Shown: positions 27,468-37,286, counted from the first letter of the stretch. The stretch is DNA of 64,000 bases from Verrucomicrobiota bacterium (GCA_016235545.1 JACRKB010000073.1:25015-89014), one strand, 5' to 3'. The notes: generated from the letters alone by a model not told the origin. Translations and numbers: made by a program.

Positions 27468-30400
27468 TCAGAATTTCCGGGTGAGCTCCAAGTAGTAGCT
27501 GCGGCCCTTGGCGCTGACGGTGCCGCCCTGGTAGCCGCGGGACTCGTCGGCGAGCGGCGGCTCCTCGTCGGTGAGGTTGGTCACGCCGAGGCGGACGCTG
27601 AGGCCCGCCAGCAGCTTGTTTTCCTTGCCGAATCGGTAGGCGACGTAGGCGTTCTGCTGGATGACGTCCTCGATCCACCAGCGGTAGCGGACCACGCCGC
27701 CGGTGTCGTTGTAGACCTTGATGTAGTCGGGCTGGCCGAGGGATTCATAGACGGTCTGGGTGGTGGCGGCGCCGGTATCCATCGAGCCGCCGTAATACTC
27801 GGCGAACCAGCCTGCGCTCCAACCCTTGAGGCGCCAGTTGAGGCTGAGGTTGCCGCGCCACTTGGCATTGCCGTTCTCCTCGAGCACGGAGTCGACCGGC
27901 GAGTCCTCGTCGACCTTTTCGTCGAACTTGCGGTTGTAGGTGGCGCCGGCGCGGACATCGAACTGGCCGAAGCGATTCTTCGGCAGCCGGTAGTTGAGCG
28001 CGAAGTCGATGCCTTCGAGATCGCGGCCGGAAAGGTTGAGATAATCGTCGATGACGCTGAGGACGGCGCCGACCGGGGCGCGCTGCTCGCTGGCGGGGCG
28101 GCCGGCGTTGTAGGCGGCGTAGGCGTCGCGGTCGGCCTGGGTGACGGGGGCGCGCGTGACCTTGGGGTTGCCGCGGTAGTTGGCGGTGCCGGAGCCGGTG
28201 TCGAGGGCGTTGGGGTTGCCGCCGGCGGCGAGGGTGAAGGCATCAAGCAGCTCCTCGTCGCGCAGGAGCTGGCCGGTGGCGCTGACGTTGTCGATGACCT
28301 TGTTCTGATCCATGCGCCACCAGTCGGCGGTGAGGGTGAGGCCCTTGATCCACGGCACTTCGAAGGCGACACCGATCGTGGCGATCTTGGATTCCTCGGG
28401 CTCGAGGGAGGCGTTGCCCTGGCGGAAGACGGTGCGGTTGGTGGGGCCGTCGGTGATGAGGTTGGTGACCTCGAAGCGATAGGGGTCGGAGACGCCGGTG
28501 ACGGAGCGCTGGAGGGGCGAGGTGTTGGTCTGGACGAGATTGGGGGCGCGGAAGGACTCGTTGAAGGAGGCGCGCACGAGGAAACGGCTGGCCGGGCGCC
28601 AGGCGAGGGAGTATTTGGGCTTAAAGGCGTCGCCGAAGTCGGAGAACTTCTCGTAGCGGCCGGCGACGGAGAGTTCGAGGAGCTTGACGAGAGGCAGTTG
28701 GTTGCCCTTGCCGACGAAGGGCACGAGCACCTCGGCGTAGCCGGAGATGACGTCGCGGTCGGAGGCGAGGTTGACGTTGGGGCTGAGGGCGATGAAGTCG
28801 TTGTCGATGGCCGGCAGGACGAACCCCGCGCCGTTCTGGCCGTGGAAGGGCGGGCGCCAGTCCTTGTAGGTCTCGTAGCGATACTCGACGCCGGCGGCGG
28901 TGCCGATGCGGCCGCCCCAGAAATCCCAGACGGTGCCGTTGATCTTGGCGTCCCAGGTGGCAAGCTCCGTGGTGCCTTCGCGGATGAAGGTGTCGTAGAG
29001 GGGATCGACGACGCTGGCGGGGTTGGTGTAGGGCTGGTCGATTTGGATGACGCCGCCGACGTTGCGGAAGGTGTAGCCGAAGGGGTTGAAGGCGGTGGCG
29101 TCGGTGCGGACGAGGGCCTCGGCGAGCCGGCTGTGGCGGATGTTGTAGTCCTCCTCGTCGCGCGTCCAAGCGCGCGAGTAGAGGAGGGCCGATTCCCACT
29201 CGAAGTCGCCGTAGGTCTTGCCACGGAGACCGGCGACGCCACGGAGGGCCTGCGAGAGGACGTTGATGTCGCGCTGGCGGAACTCGCGCGGGCGCACGCC
29301 GGCGGTGAGGAGGACATCGGCGGGCGCGCCGGTGATGCGGGGCGTGCCGTCGGCGTTGGGCGCGCCGGTGGGATGGTAGAAACGCGAGCCGAAGGGATTC
29401 CAAGGATTGTCGCGGCTGACGAAGATGTTGACATCGTCGGTGGCGTCGACGGCGACGGGATCGCGGTGGTTGAAGGATTCGGCCCGATAGTAGGAGAGTT
29501 CGCCGAAGGCGCTGAGGCGGTCGTTGATCTGATGGTCGAGGGCGGTGAAGAAGTTGATGCGGTCGGTGCGCGGGAGGATGACGCGGTCCTGGTTCAGGTT
29601 GTAATAGTAGTCGCGTTCGACGCTGGTGGGGGAGCGCGAGGGCGTGCTCTGGCGGAAACCGACGCCGCCGGCCGCGAGCGGCACGAAGAAGAACGAGCCG
29701 GAGGTGGAGGCGGTGAGCGTGGTGGAGGGTGTGGTGGAAGTGGTGATGCCGGCGTTGCCGGTGGGACGCGCGCCGACGAAGACGCCGCTGGAGTTGAACG
29801 TGCCGCGCTGGAAGTTGCCGAACTGGGACGCGCTGGAGCGGTTGTCGAAATCGTTGTCGGTGGTGGACCACGGCTCGGGGAGATTGGCCGTGCGGCGGAT
29901 GTCGGAGTCCTTGGAGAATCGGCGCTGGTTGGTGCCGAGGAGGTCGCGGTGATAGTAGTCGAGCATCGCGAGGACGCTGGTGCGACCACCGTTGAAGAGT
30001 TGGCCGCCGGAGAGGGTCACGCGCCAGTCATTGGCCCCGCCGTGCTCGGTGACGCTGCCGCGCACGGAGAGTTCGTAGCCGTTGTAGTCGCGGCGGAGGA
30101 TGGTGTTGACCACGCCGGCGGCGGCGTCGGCGCCGTAGATGGCGGACGCGCCGTCGCGGAGGACCTCGACGCGGTCGATCGCGGCCATGGGGAGCTGGTT
30201 GACGTTGACGGCGAGAGCCGGGGCGCCGCCCTCGGCCTGGGAGATGGGGTGCGGGGCGAGGCGGCGGCCGTTGATGAGGACGAGGGTGTTGCCCGAGCCG
30301 ATGCCGCGGAGGTTGAGCGAGGTGTTGTCGCCGCGGGCGTCGGCACCGAGAACGTTGGTCTCGGTCAGGGTGAGGACGCCGCCGCTGGGGAGCATCTGCA

Positions 30401-30635
30401 GGAGTTCGGAGGCGGTGGGCGCCGCGAAGGCCGCGAGATCGTCGCGATCGAGCACGGTGACAGGGAGCGTCTTTTCCTGATCGAGGCGGCGGAGGTGGGA
30501 CCCGGTGACGGTGAAGGCGTCGAGCTTTACGGGCTCGTCGGCGGGTGCGGGCGCGGTCTGGGCGAAAACGGCGACGGCGGCCAAAGCGGCGGCGCTCGCC
30601 GCGACGCGACGGAGGTTCTTCAGGTTGGTGGTCAT
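27468..30635 (-). CDS. Large TonB-dependent outer-membrane receptor (~1055 aa)
   Basis: Signal MTTNLKNLRRVAASAAALAAVAVFAQ (ATG 30635). Plug motifs are present (LDAFTVTGS, NLRGIGSGNTLVLINGRR, IDRVEVLRDGASAIYGADAAAGVVN). C-terminal ...SYYLELTRKF. Confidence 0.9.
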   Translation of the reverse strand: MTTNLKNLRRVAASAAALAAVAVFAQTAPAPADEPVKLDAFTVTGSHLRRLDQEKTLPVTVLDRDDLAAFAAPTASELLQMLPSGGVLTLTETNVLGADARGDNTSLNLRGIGSGNTLVLINGRRLAPHPISQAEGGAPALAVNVNQLPMAAIDRVEVLRDGASAIYGADAAAGVVNTILRRDYNGYELSVRGSVTEHGGANDWRVTLSGGQLFNGGRTSVLAMLDYYHRDLLGTNQRRFSKDSDIRRTANLPEPWSTTDNDFDNRSSASQFGNFQRGTFNSSGVFVGARPTGNAGITTSTTPSTTLTASTSGSFFFVPLAAGGVGFRQSTPSRSPTSVERDYYYNLNQDRVILPRTDRINFFTALDHQINDRLSAFGELSYYRAESFNHRDPVAVDATDDVNIFVSRDNPWNPFGSRFYHPTGAPNADGTPRITGAPADVLLTAGVRPREFRQRDINVLSQALRGVAGLRGKTYGDFEWESALLYSRAWTRDEEDYNIRHSRLAEALVRTDATAFNPFGYTFRNVGGVIQIDQPYTNPASVVDPLYDTFIREGTTELATWDAKINGTVWDFWGGRIGTAAGVEYRYETYKDWRPPFHGQNGAGFVLPAIDNDFIALSPNVNLASDRDVISGYAEVLVPFVGKGNQLPLVKLLELSVAGRYEKFSDFGDAFKPKYSLAWRPASRFLVRASFNESFRAPNLVQTNTSPLQRSVTGVSDPYRFEVTNLITDGPTNRTVFRQGNASLEPEESKIATIGVAFEVPWIKGLTLTADWWRMDQNKVIDNVSATGQLLRDEELLDAFTLAAGGNPNALDTGSGTANYRGNPKVTRAPVTQADRDAYAAYNAGRPASEQRAPVGAVLSVIDDYLNLSGRDLEGIDFALNYRLPKNRFGQFDVRAGATYNRKFDEKVDEDSPVDSVLEENGNAKWRGNLSLNWRLKGWSAGWFAEYYGGSMDTGAATTQTVYESLGQPDYIKVYNDTGGVVRYRWWIEDVIQQNAYVAYRFGKENKLLAGLSVRLGVTNLTDEEPPLADESRGYQGGTVSAKGRSYYLELTRKF

Positions 30636-30643
30636 GGGAGGGG

Positions 30644-30657
30644 CAACGACGTCGTTG
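30644..30657. promoter_or_regulatory. Perfect 14-bp palindrome CAACGACGTCGTTG in the 5' leader of the large TBDR gene
   Basis: Self-complementary 14-mer located 9 nt upstream of start codon 30635 (minus strand). It could be an operator or an RNA hairpin occluding translation initiation. Confidence 0.3.
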
Positions 30658-30784
30658 TTCCGGAGGCGCTGAGCTGGCAAGGGCATCAGGGGGGGTAGTT
30701 CTACGCATACTCGGAGTCGCCGGGCAAAACCCGCGCTCATCGCACTTGTCTCCCGCAGCGGTCTGTCGAAGATGGCTCCGCATC

Positions 30785-31456
30785 ATGCTCAAGGTCGTCC
30801 CACCCACCGCCACCGCCACCGCCGCGCCGCGCATCATCCTCGTGGAGGACACGGAGACTTTCCGCGTGGTGCTGAAAGGCGAGCTGCAGCGGTGGCTGCG
30901 GCGCTGCGAAGTGCGCGACTATGCGCTGGGCCGGGAGGCACTGAATGCGTGCCTCGAGGTGCGGCCAGACCTCCTCATCGCCGATCTGCATCTGCCCGAC
31001 ATGGACGCCCGCAGCCTGATCCGCGCCCTGCGCTTGCGCGGGGTGGGGGCGCGGGCGATCGTGCTGACGGCGCATCCCGACGCCCGGCTGCCGGGGGAGC
31101 TCGTGGGCTTGGGCGTGGCGGGGTTTGTGGACAAGAGTTCGCCGCTCGGGCAAGTGGAGCGGGCGGTGCGCCGGGTGCTGGAGGGTGGGATGTTCTTTTC
31201 TGCGCCGGTGCGCCCGCCGCTGCCCCCGCCCGCCGCGGCGCGGGAGGCGCCGGAGACGCCGCTCTCGGTGCTTTCGCCGCGCGAGATGGATGTGCTGCGG
31301 CTGGTGGTGTGCGGCCTGGCCTCGAAGGAGGTGGGCGACCGGCTGGGCCTGAGCCCGCGCACGGTGGAGAAGCACCGGGCGCATATCCTGGCCAAGCTCG
31401 GCATCCGCGATCTGCCCACGCTGGTGCGCTGGGGCCTGATGAACGGCTTGGATTGA
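30785..31456 (+). CDS. NarL/FixJ (LuxR-type) response regulator
   Basis: Receiver domain (RIILVEDTE..., DLLIADLHLPDMD, IVLTAH, FVDKS) followed by a LuxR HTH (LSPREMDVLRLVVCGLASKEVGDRLGLSPRTVEKHRAHILAKLG). Start at ATG 30785. Confidence 0.9.
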   Translation: MLKVVPPTATATAAPRIILVEDTETFRVVLKGELQRWLRRCEVRDYALGREALNACLEVRPDLLIADLHLPDMDARSLIRALRLRGVGARAIVLTAHPDARLPGELVGLGVAGFVDKSSPLGQVERAVRRVLEGGMFFSAPVRPPLPPPAAAREAPETPLSVLSPREMDVLRLVVCGLASKEVGDRLGLSPRTVEKHRAHILAKLGIRDLPTLVRWGLMNGLD

Positions 31457-31471
31457 CCGGGCGAGGCGCGA

Positions 31472-33508
31472 TCAGTCCACCGCGGGCAGCACGACGCGGA
31501 ACGTCGCGCCTTCGCCGGGCTGGGATTCCACCTCGAGCGTGCCGCCCTGGCTGGCGAGCAGCTCGTGCGCGATGGAGAGTCCGAGGCCGTGGGTCGGCTC
31601 GCCGGCGGTGGGCGCGGCCGAGAGTTGCCCGAACGGCGCGTAGAGCCGCGCGAAATCCTCCGGCGCCAGGCCGGGTCCGTTGTCGCGCACGGCGAGCAGC
31701 ACGCGATCGCCGGCCGGCTCGAGGGTGACAGCGATCAGACCGCCGACCGGGCTGAATTTGAGCGCGTTGGAGAGCAGGTTCTCGAGAATCTGCCGCAGTC
31801 GGGCAGCGTCGGCCCGCACGCGCAGGGGAGCGCCGACCGGGGCCACGAACTCGAGGGTCTGCCGCTTGCCGACGGCGAGGCCGGCGAAGCCCTCGACCGT
31901 TTCGCGGGCGAGCACGGCGAGATCGACGGTGACGAGGTGAAGTTCGAGCCGGCCGGCCTCGAGTGCGGCCCGGTCGAGGAATTCATGCACCAGGCCGCCC
32001 ATGCGCAGGCTGTCGGAATAAATGGCGTCGGCGAGGCGGTTGACCGCGGGGTTGTGCTCCGCCTCGCGCCGGATGCTGGCGGCGGCCGAGCGCACGAGGG
32101 CGATGGGGGCCTGAAGATCGTGGGAGGCGATCTGCAGCAGGCGGGTCTTGAGCTGCGCGGCGTCCACGGCCGCCTGGCGCGCCTCCTCGGTGGCGGCGAG
32201 CGCGCGGCGCTCGGCGCGGAGACGCTGGCGCTGCGTGAACGCCACCGCGCCGCCCAACCCGATGGCGAGCAGCAGGCCGGCGGCGATGGCGGCGTTTTCG
32301 CGGCGACTCCGGCCCAGTTCCTCGGCTTGGAAGATCCGTTCGCGCTGGAGCCGCTCGATTTCGCGGTCGCGTTTCTCGGCGTCGAAGCGCGCCTGCAACT
32401 CGGCGATGCGGTCCTGCGCGCGCTCGTTGAGGACGGCGGCGTTGGCGGCGGCGAGCGCCCGCTCGGCCTGCAGGGCGGCCAGCAGTTCGCCGCGTGCCTC
32501 GTGGGTGAGACTCAGCTCGCGGTGGATGGAGGCGAGCACGGTCTGGCTGCCGAGCTTCTCGGCGAGGGCGAGGCCGGCGCGGAGGTGCGCGAGCGACTCG
32601 TCGGCTCGGCCCAGCTGGCGCAGGAGCGAGGCGAGGCGGCTGTGCGCGAGGGCGAGATTGCGGGGCACGCCGACGCGCTCGTAGATGGCGAGCGCCTCCC
32701 GTTGCTGCGCGAGCGCGCCCTCGAGATCGCCGGCGGCCTGGGCGACGTTGGCCAGGTTGGTGAGGGTGTCGGCAACGCCCCGGTCGTGGCCGAGCGCGCG
32801 GCGGAGGCGGAGCGACTCCTCGTAGAGTTCGGCGGCACGGTCGTAGCTTTTGCCGGCCATGTGGTAGTTGCCGTAGAGATTGAGCACGAACGTCAGCGCG
32901 GAAGGATCGCCGCCACGGCGCGCGTGGTCGAGCGCGCTCGCGTGGCGCCGGCCGGCCTCCTCGCGCTGGCCGAGCCGCAGGTAGGTCGAGCCGAGGCCGG
33001 CTTCTCCCAGCGCGAGCAGGCGTTCGTCGTGTAGTTTCTCGGCGAGGCCGAGCTGCTGCAGGTAGCACTCGACCGATTCGGGATACTGGCCGCGGCTCCA
33101 ATAGGTGCGGCCGAGCAGGAAGAGAAACTCCGCTTCGATCCGCTCGTCGCCGCGATCCCGAGCGCGGGCTCGGCCTGCCTGAGCCAGCGAATGCGCGGTG
33201 GTGTAGTCGCCCCGGCGCCGGTGAACGGAGGCGAGCTCGACTAGCGCCTTCAGCTCCTGGTGCTCATCGGTGGCGAGAGCGCGGGCGCGTTCGGCGGCGG
33301 CGAGGGCGCGCGGCAGGTCCACCGGTTCGAGTGCGCGGGCCAGGCGTGCCAGCAGCGGCGATCGCTCGGCCGGTGCCGCGGCGGCGAGCTGTTGTTCGAG
33401 GCGCACTACGTCGGCCGAATCGCCCGGCGCCGCCGCGAGGACACCGACTGCGCCGGCCAGCAGGGTGGCCAGCACGGGGCGGAGGAGCGAGTGCGGGACG
33501 GGGAACAC
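31472..33508 (-). CDS. TPR-repeat sensor histidine kinase
   Basis: Signal/TM at the N-terminus, ~8 TPR-like repeats (..YTTAHSLAQAG.., ..GNYHMAGKSYDRAAELYEESLRL..), a coiled coil and a TM (AAIAAGLLLAIGLGGAVAF). H-box IASHDLQAPI, then HATPase N/G boxes (LLSNALKF, DNGPGL, GLGLSIA). Confidence 0.9.
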   Translation of the reverse strand: MFPVPHSLLRPVLATLLAGAVGVLAAAPGDSADVVRLEQQLAAAAPAERSPLLARLARALEPVDLPRALAAAERARALATDEHQELKALVELASVHRRRGDYTTAHSLAQAGRARARDRGDERIEAEFLFLLGRTYWSRGQYPESVECYLQQLGLAEKLHDERLLALGEAGLGSTYLRLGQREEAGRRHASALDHARRGGDPSALTFVLNLYGNYHMAGKSYDRAAELYEESLRLRRALGHDRGVADTLTNLANVAQAAGDLEGALAQQREALAIYERVGVPRNLALAHSRLASLLRQLGRADESLAHLRAGLALAEKLGSQTVLASIHRELSLTHEARGELLAALQAERALAAANAAVLNERAQDRIAELQARFDAEKRDREIERLQRERIFQAEELGRSRRENAAIAAGLLLAIGLGGAVAFTQRQRLRAERRALAATEEARQAAVDAAQLKTRLLQIASHDLQAPIALVRSAAASIRREAEHNPAVNRLADAIYSDSLRMGGLVHEFLDRAALEAGRLELHLVTVDLAVLARETVEGFAGLAVGKRQTLEFVAPVGAPLRVRADAARLRQILENLLSNALKFSPVGGLIAVTLEPAGDRVLLAVRDNGPGLAPEDFARLYAPFGQLSAAPTAGEPTHGLGLSIAHELLASQGGTLEVESQPGEGATFRVVLPAVD

Positions 33509-33517
33509 GAGAGAGGC

Positions 33518-35752
33518 TTAGGGCGGATCAGGCTGCGCGGCAAGCGAGGCCGCGCGAGCGGCGGCGGCGCGGGCGCCCTCGCGGTCGCCGAGGCGCTGGA
33601 GCACGCTGGCGAGCGCGTGCGGGTAGTCCGCGGTGCGTGGTTCGGCGCGTTCTGCCTGGCGCAGCGCCTCCGCCGCCTCGGCGAGGCGGCCGCGCTTGGC
33701 GAGCAGGAGCCCGAGGTTATACCAGGCGCGGTGCAACGCCGGGGCGCGCTCGACGGCGGCGCGGAGGAGGCGCTCCGCCGCGTCGGGCTGCCCGGCTTCG
33801 GCGTGGGCGAGCGCGGCTTGCAGCGCGAGGGGCGCGTCGTCGGGCGCGAGCGCGACCGCGCGGTCGAGTTGCTCCGCGGCGTCGGCGATATTGCCGTCGG
33901 CGGCGAGCACGAGGCCGAGGGATTGGCGGATGCCCGGGGAAAACGGATCCCACTCCGTGGCGCGGCGCAGCTCGGCGGCGGCCTCGGCGAGGCGGCCGCG
34001 GTTGGCCCAATCCTGCGCGCGGCGCACGCGGCCGGCGGGCTGGTCGAGCGTGAGCGCGAGGTAGTCGTCCAGCTCGCGCCGCGCGGGCGAGGCGGCGGGC
34101 AGGGTGGGCGAGAGTGCCCACGCGGCTTCGAGGCGCACGCTGCGGACCGGATCGGTCAGCAGCGGACCGAGCCGCTCGGCCGCGTCGGGCGCGCCGAAGA
34201 AGTAGCGCGCGGCGGCGGCGCGCTCGAGCGGATCAGCGGCGCCGAGCGAAGCGACGGCGATCTCGCGGCCGTGGACGGCGTCGCGCGTGCGCGGCAGCAG
34301 CGTGAGCAGGGTGGCGCGCCAGGCGGGGATGTCCTCGCGCCGCCAGGTGTCGAGGAGGAGCGCGGCGGCGCCGGGCGCATCGCTTTGGGCGGCGGCGACG
34401 GCGCGGGCGCGGAGCCGCTGGCGCTCGCGGACGCGGGAGCCGAACCACTCGTCGGCCTTGGTCACGGTCCAGTCCAGCCCGCGGTCGGCGTGGCAGGAGG
34501 AACAGGCGTTGGGGATGCCGAGTTCGCGGGTGAGGAGCGGATCAGGCGAGAGCCAACCGTGGTCGTGCCGGGGCGCGCGTTGCATGTAGTTTTTCGCCGG
34601 CATGTGGCAGGCGATGCAGGAATTGCCCGCGCTGCCGGGCTGGTGGCGCGAGTGGGCGGATGGATCGATGGGCACGGCGCGCGTGCCGCCGGGGAGCACA
34701 CGGCCGGGCGCGGCATGGCATTGCAGGCAGAGCTGGTTGTCCGCGGCCGGAAGGATCGTGCGCGTGGTGTGCGGATCATGGCAGTCCAGACAGGTGACGC
34801 CCGCATGGCCCATGCGGCTGAGCTGGACCGAGGTCCAATTGAAATCCTCGTCGCGCTGCTGGCCGTCGGGATAGAACGTGGCGGCGTCCACGGGCAGCGT
34901 GAGGCGGAAATGATCGGCGTAGCGGTCCCCGGGCGTGAAATTTTCGGTGAGCGGCTCGTGGCGACCGTGGCAGGTCGCGCAGGTCTCGGCCATGCGCTGG
35001 CGGTCGCCGCGGAATGGCGCGGGCGGCGTGGAGGGTCGCGAAGCGTGCGGGTCGCCGTGGGCGGCGGGCATCGCGCCGTGGCACTGGATGCAGCCGACGC
35101 CGTGCTCGATCCAGGTGGAGGCGTAGCGGTCGGCCGCCGGGTCGTAGTTTTTCCGGTAGCCGGTCATGTGGCAGGGAGCGCACATGGAATTCCAATTCAT
35201 GCCGCGGCCGGTCCAGTGACCCCACTCGCCGGGGCGGCGGCGCTCTTCGCCGAAAACATTGAACCACTCGCGACGCCCGACATCGTAGGCGAGATCGGTG
35301 GGTTGCCAGCGGCCGCCCGGGGCCGCGACGAGCGGCTGCCAGAGGGGCTTGGCGCCAAGGATGAACTGCGCAGTGTAAGTGACGGACGGCTCGCCGGCGC
35401 GCAGTTCGGTCAGGCGCGGACCGCTCTCGGTCCAGGCGAGCGCGAAATCGGAGCCGCCCGCGGTGGCGCGAGGATGCGCGGCGAAGGCCTCGCGATCGCG
35501 TGCCGGATCGACGGGGCGGTTGGCGAGAGCGTGATCGGTGCCCGACCAGGCTTGGAAGATCTCGGCGTGACATTCGCGGCAGGACGCGGAGGTCTGGGTC
35601 GCGGCCGCGGGCGGGCCGGAAGCTGATGTGCCGCGCGGGGCGCAAGCCACGGTGCCGAGCAAGAGCAACGCGCCCGGTGCCGCCAGCGCGAGGAGGGCTC
35701 GCAACAGGTGCGCGGTGCGATGTTCGGAGACTGGGACGCGCGGTGCGATCAT
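33518..35752 (-). CDS. Periplasmic octaheme c-type cytochrome fused to a C-terminal TPR domain
   Basis: Signal-like N-terminus. Eight CxxCH motifs: CRECH, CAPCH, CIQCH, CATCH, CLDCH, CLQCH, CIACH, CSSCH. The C-terminal ~300 aa are TPR-like (..AWYNLGLLLAKRGRLAEAAEALRQA..). The stop lies 9 nt before the kinase start. Confidence 0.9.
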   Translation of the reverse strand: MIAPRVPVSEHRTAHLLRALLALAAPGALLLLGTVACAPRGTSASGPPAAATQTSASCRECHAEIFQAWSGTDHALANRPVDPARDREAFAAHPRATAGGSDFALAWTESGPRLTELRAGEPSVTYTAQFILGAKPLWQPLVAAPGGRWQPTDLAYDVGRREWFNVFGEERRRPGEWGHWTGRGMNWNSMCAPCHMTGYRKNYDPAADRYASTWIEHGVGCIQCHGAMPAAHGDPHASRPSTPPAPFRGDRQRMAETCATCHGRHEPLTENFTPGDRYADHFRLTLPVDAATFYPDGQQRDEDFNWTSVQLSRMGHAGVTCLDCHDPHTTRTILPAADNQLCLQCHAAPGRVLPGGTRAVPIDPSAHSRHQPGSAGNSCIACHMPAKNYMQRAPRHDHGWLSPDPLLTRELGIPNACSSCHADRGLDWTVTKADEWFGSRVRERQRLRARAVAAAQSDAPGAAALLLDTWRREDIPAWRATLLTLLPRTRDAVHGREIAVASLGAADPLERAAAARYFFGAPDAAERLGPLLTDPVRSVRLEAAWALSPTLPAASPARRELDDYLALTLDQPAGRVRRAQDWANRGRLAEAAAELRRATEWDPFSPGIRQSLGLVLAADGNIADAAEQLDRAVALAPDDAPLALQAALAHAEAGQPDAAERLLRAAVERAPALHRAWYNLGLLLAKRGRLAEAAEALRQAERAEPRTADYPHALASVLQRLGDREGARAAAARAASLAAQPDPP

Positions 35753-36086
35753 GGGCGGAGCAGCTCACGCGTGCGCGCAATCGCCCGGCCGGGCAATCTT
35801 CTTTCTTGGTCCCTGTGATCCCGGCTCCTGGGCGTCGATGTTGTCGCGGGAAAATTATCGCGTTGGTGGGCACCCGGTTGGCGAGGGGTGGTAAAAATTA
35901 CCTAAATGTCACTAAGGGGTGTCCGATGTTGTGGGAACAGTTTCGGCACGTTTGCGCGCCGGAGCTGCGTTCTCCGACAGCATCAAGGGCCACCCCGAGT
36001 TGCATGGCATCGCCGTGCGACATCGCGCACGCATGGCTCCGGATCTGGCAGGGGAGCACCGTTCACCTCAACTCCCGACACCTCCC

Positions 36087-37286
36087 ATGCGTCCCACCTC
36101 TCGCTTCATCCTCGCCGGCGCGCTCCTGCTCGGCACCACCCTGCTCACCCGCGCCGCGGTCACCGTCGGCAGCACCAACGTCCAGATCGGCGGCTTCTTC
36201 AGCCAAGGCTACCTGAAGAGCAGCAAGAACAACCACCCCTTCGAGGCCAAGGACGGCACCTGGGACTTCCGCGAGATGGCGGTCAACGTCTCCACGACCA
36301 TCGGCACGCACCTGCGCGTGGGCGCGCAGGGCTTCGCGCAGAAGCTCGGCAACTACGGACGGGACGAGGTTCTGCTCGACTGGGCCAATGCCGATTACAA
36401 CTTCCGCCCCGAGTTCGGCGTGCGCGCGGGCCGCATCAAGTATCCGAAGGGTCTCTACGGCGAGGCGCTGGACGTCGATGCCATCCGCCCCTTCATTTTC
36501 CTGCCGAACAACATCTACAGCGTCGTCCGCCGCGATTTCTCGGCCTCCTTCGACGGCGCGATGTTCTACGGCTCGCTGAACGCGAAACAGGCCGGGAGCT
36601 TCGACTACAAGCTCTTCTACGGCGACATCGCCATGAGCCCCAAACAGGGCGTGGCTGACCTGTTCAACAACGCCAACCTCTTCGCGGCCCCGGGCGTCCA
36701 ATCGCTATCGGTCGAGAAGGTCTATGGCGTCGCCATCGATTGGAGCACGCCGTTGTCCGGCCTGAAAATCCACGCGTCCTATTCGAAGCTCGACCAAGCG
36801 GTGGCGACCGGTCGCTTCCTGGCCGTTCCGGCCTTGCCGTTGCGCGCCGAAGTCTCACCCGCCTACACCACGGTGGGTGCGGAATACACCCGCGGCGACT
36901 GGACCCTGGCCGCCGAATACATGCACGAGGACGGCCCCGTGGCCTACCAGACCCAGCCCGCCTCGGTATTTTCCGTCGCCCGCCAATACGGCACCCGCAA
37001 TTACTACGCTTCCGTCGCCCGCCGCTTCGGCGAGAAATGGGAACTCGGCGCCTACTACGCGAAAGCCAAGAACGCCCACCCCGCCGCGACCGATCCCGAG
37101 CCCGCGCGGCACCTCGACGACTGGGCCTTCGCCATCCGCTACAACGTCAACGAGCACGTCATCGTGAAAGCGGAGTTCCACACCATCGACGGGCGCTACA
37201 ACGTGATCAACACCCCCCGCACCCCCAACCCGACGCTCGCCGACTCGATGTCGTTCTGGGCCCTCAAGACGACGTTCGTGTTCTGA
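36087..37286 (+). CDS. Putative outer-membrane beta-barrel porin (uncharacterised family)
   Basis: Signal MRPTSRFILAGALLLGTTLLTRAAV (ATG 36087). The body shows an alternating amphipathic beta-strand pattern rich in Y/G/N/A. The C-terminus WALKTTFVF ends in an aromatic residue, as expected for OMP barrels. Confidence 0.7.
   Translation: MRPTSRFILAGALLLGTTLLTRAAVTVGSTNVQIGGFFSQGYLKSSKNNHPFEAKDGTWDFREMAVNVSTTIGTHLRVGAQGFAQKLGNYGRDEVLLDWANADYNFRPEFGVRAGRIKYPKGLYGEALDVDAIRPFIFLPNNIYSVVRRDFSASFDGAMFYGSLNAKQAGSFDYKLFYGDIAMSPKQGVADLFNNANLFAAPGVQSLSVEKVYGVAIDWSTPLSGLKIHASYSKLDQAVATGRFLAVPALPLRAEVSPAYTTVGAEYTRGDWTLAAEYMHEDGPVAYQTQPASVFSVARQYGTRNYYASVARRFGEKWELGAYYAKAKNAHPAATDPEPARHLDDWAFAIRYNVNEHVIVKAEFHTIDGRYNVINTPRTPNPTLADSMSFWALKTTFVF

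Noticed and set aside
27342-30698. 1118-aa plus-strand ORF covering the whole large-TBDR region
   Set aside because: It is antisense to a gene with clear TBDR motifs. Its translation is low-complexity (G/A/V/D/E/R-rich) with no motifs, which is a typical shadow ORF of high-GC DNA where stop codons are rare on the opposite strand.
33260-35626. 788-aa plus-strand ORF opposite the octaheme cytochrome/TPR genes. Equivalent long antisense ORFs occur at 13461-15575, 18351-20057, 22716-24665, 40301-42097, 41845-43932, 44163-46196, 46520-48382, 8860-10080 and 16174-17547.
   Set aside because: All are mirror-frame ORFs of genes with strong family signatures. They have Arg/Gly/Ala/Pro-rich, motif-free translations and lack sensible starts or coupling to neighbours.
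35867-35883. TGGGCACCCGGTTGGCG upstream of the porin operon as a sigma-54 (-24/-12) promoter
   Set aside because: The GG-to-GC spacing is one nt short of the TGGCAC-N5-TTGC consensus and the -12 element reads TTGG, not TTGC. No enhancer-binding protein gene is nearby.
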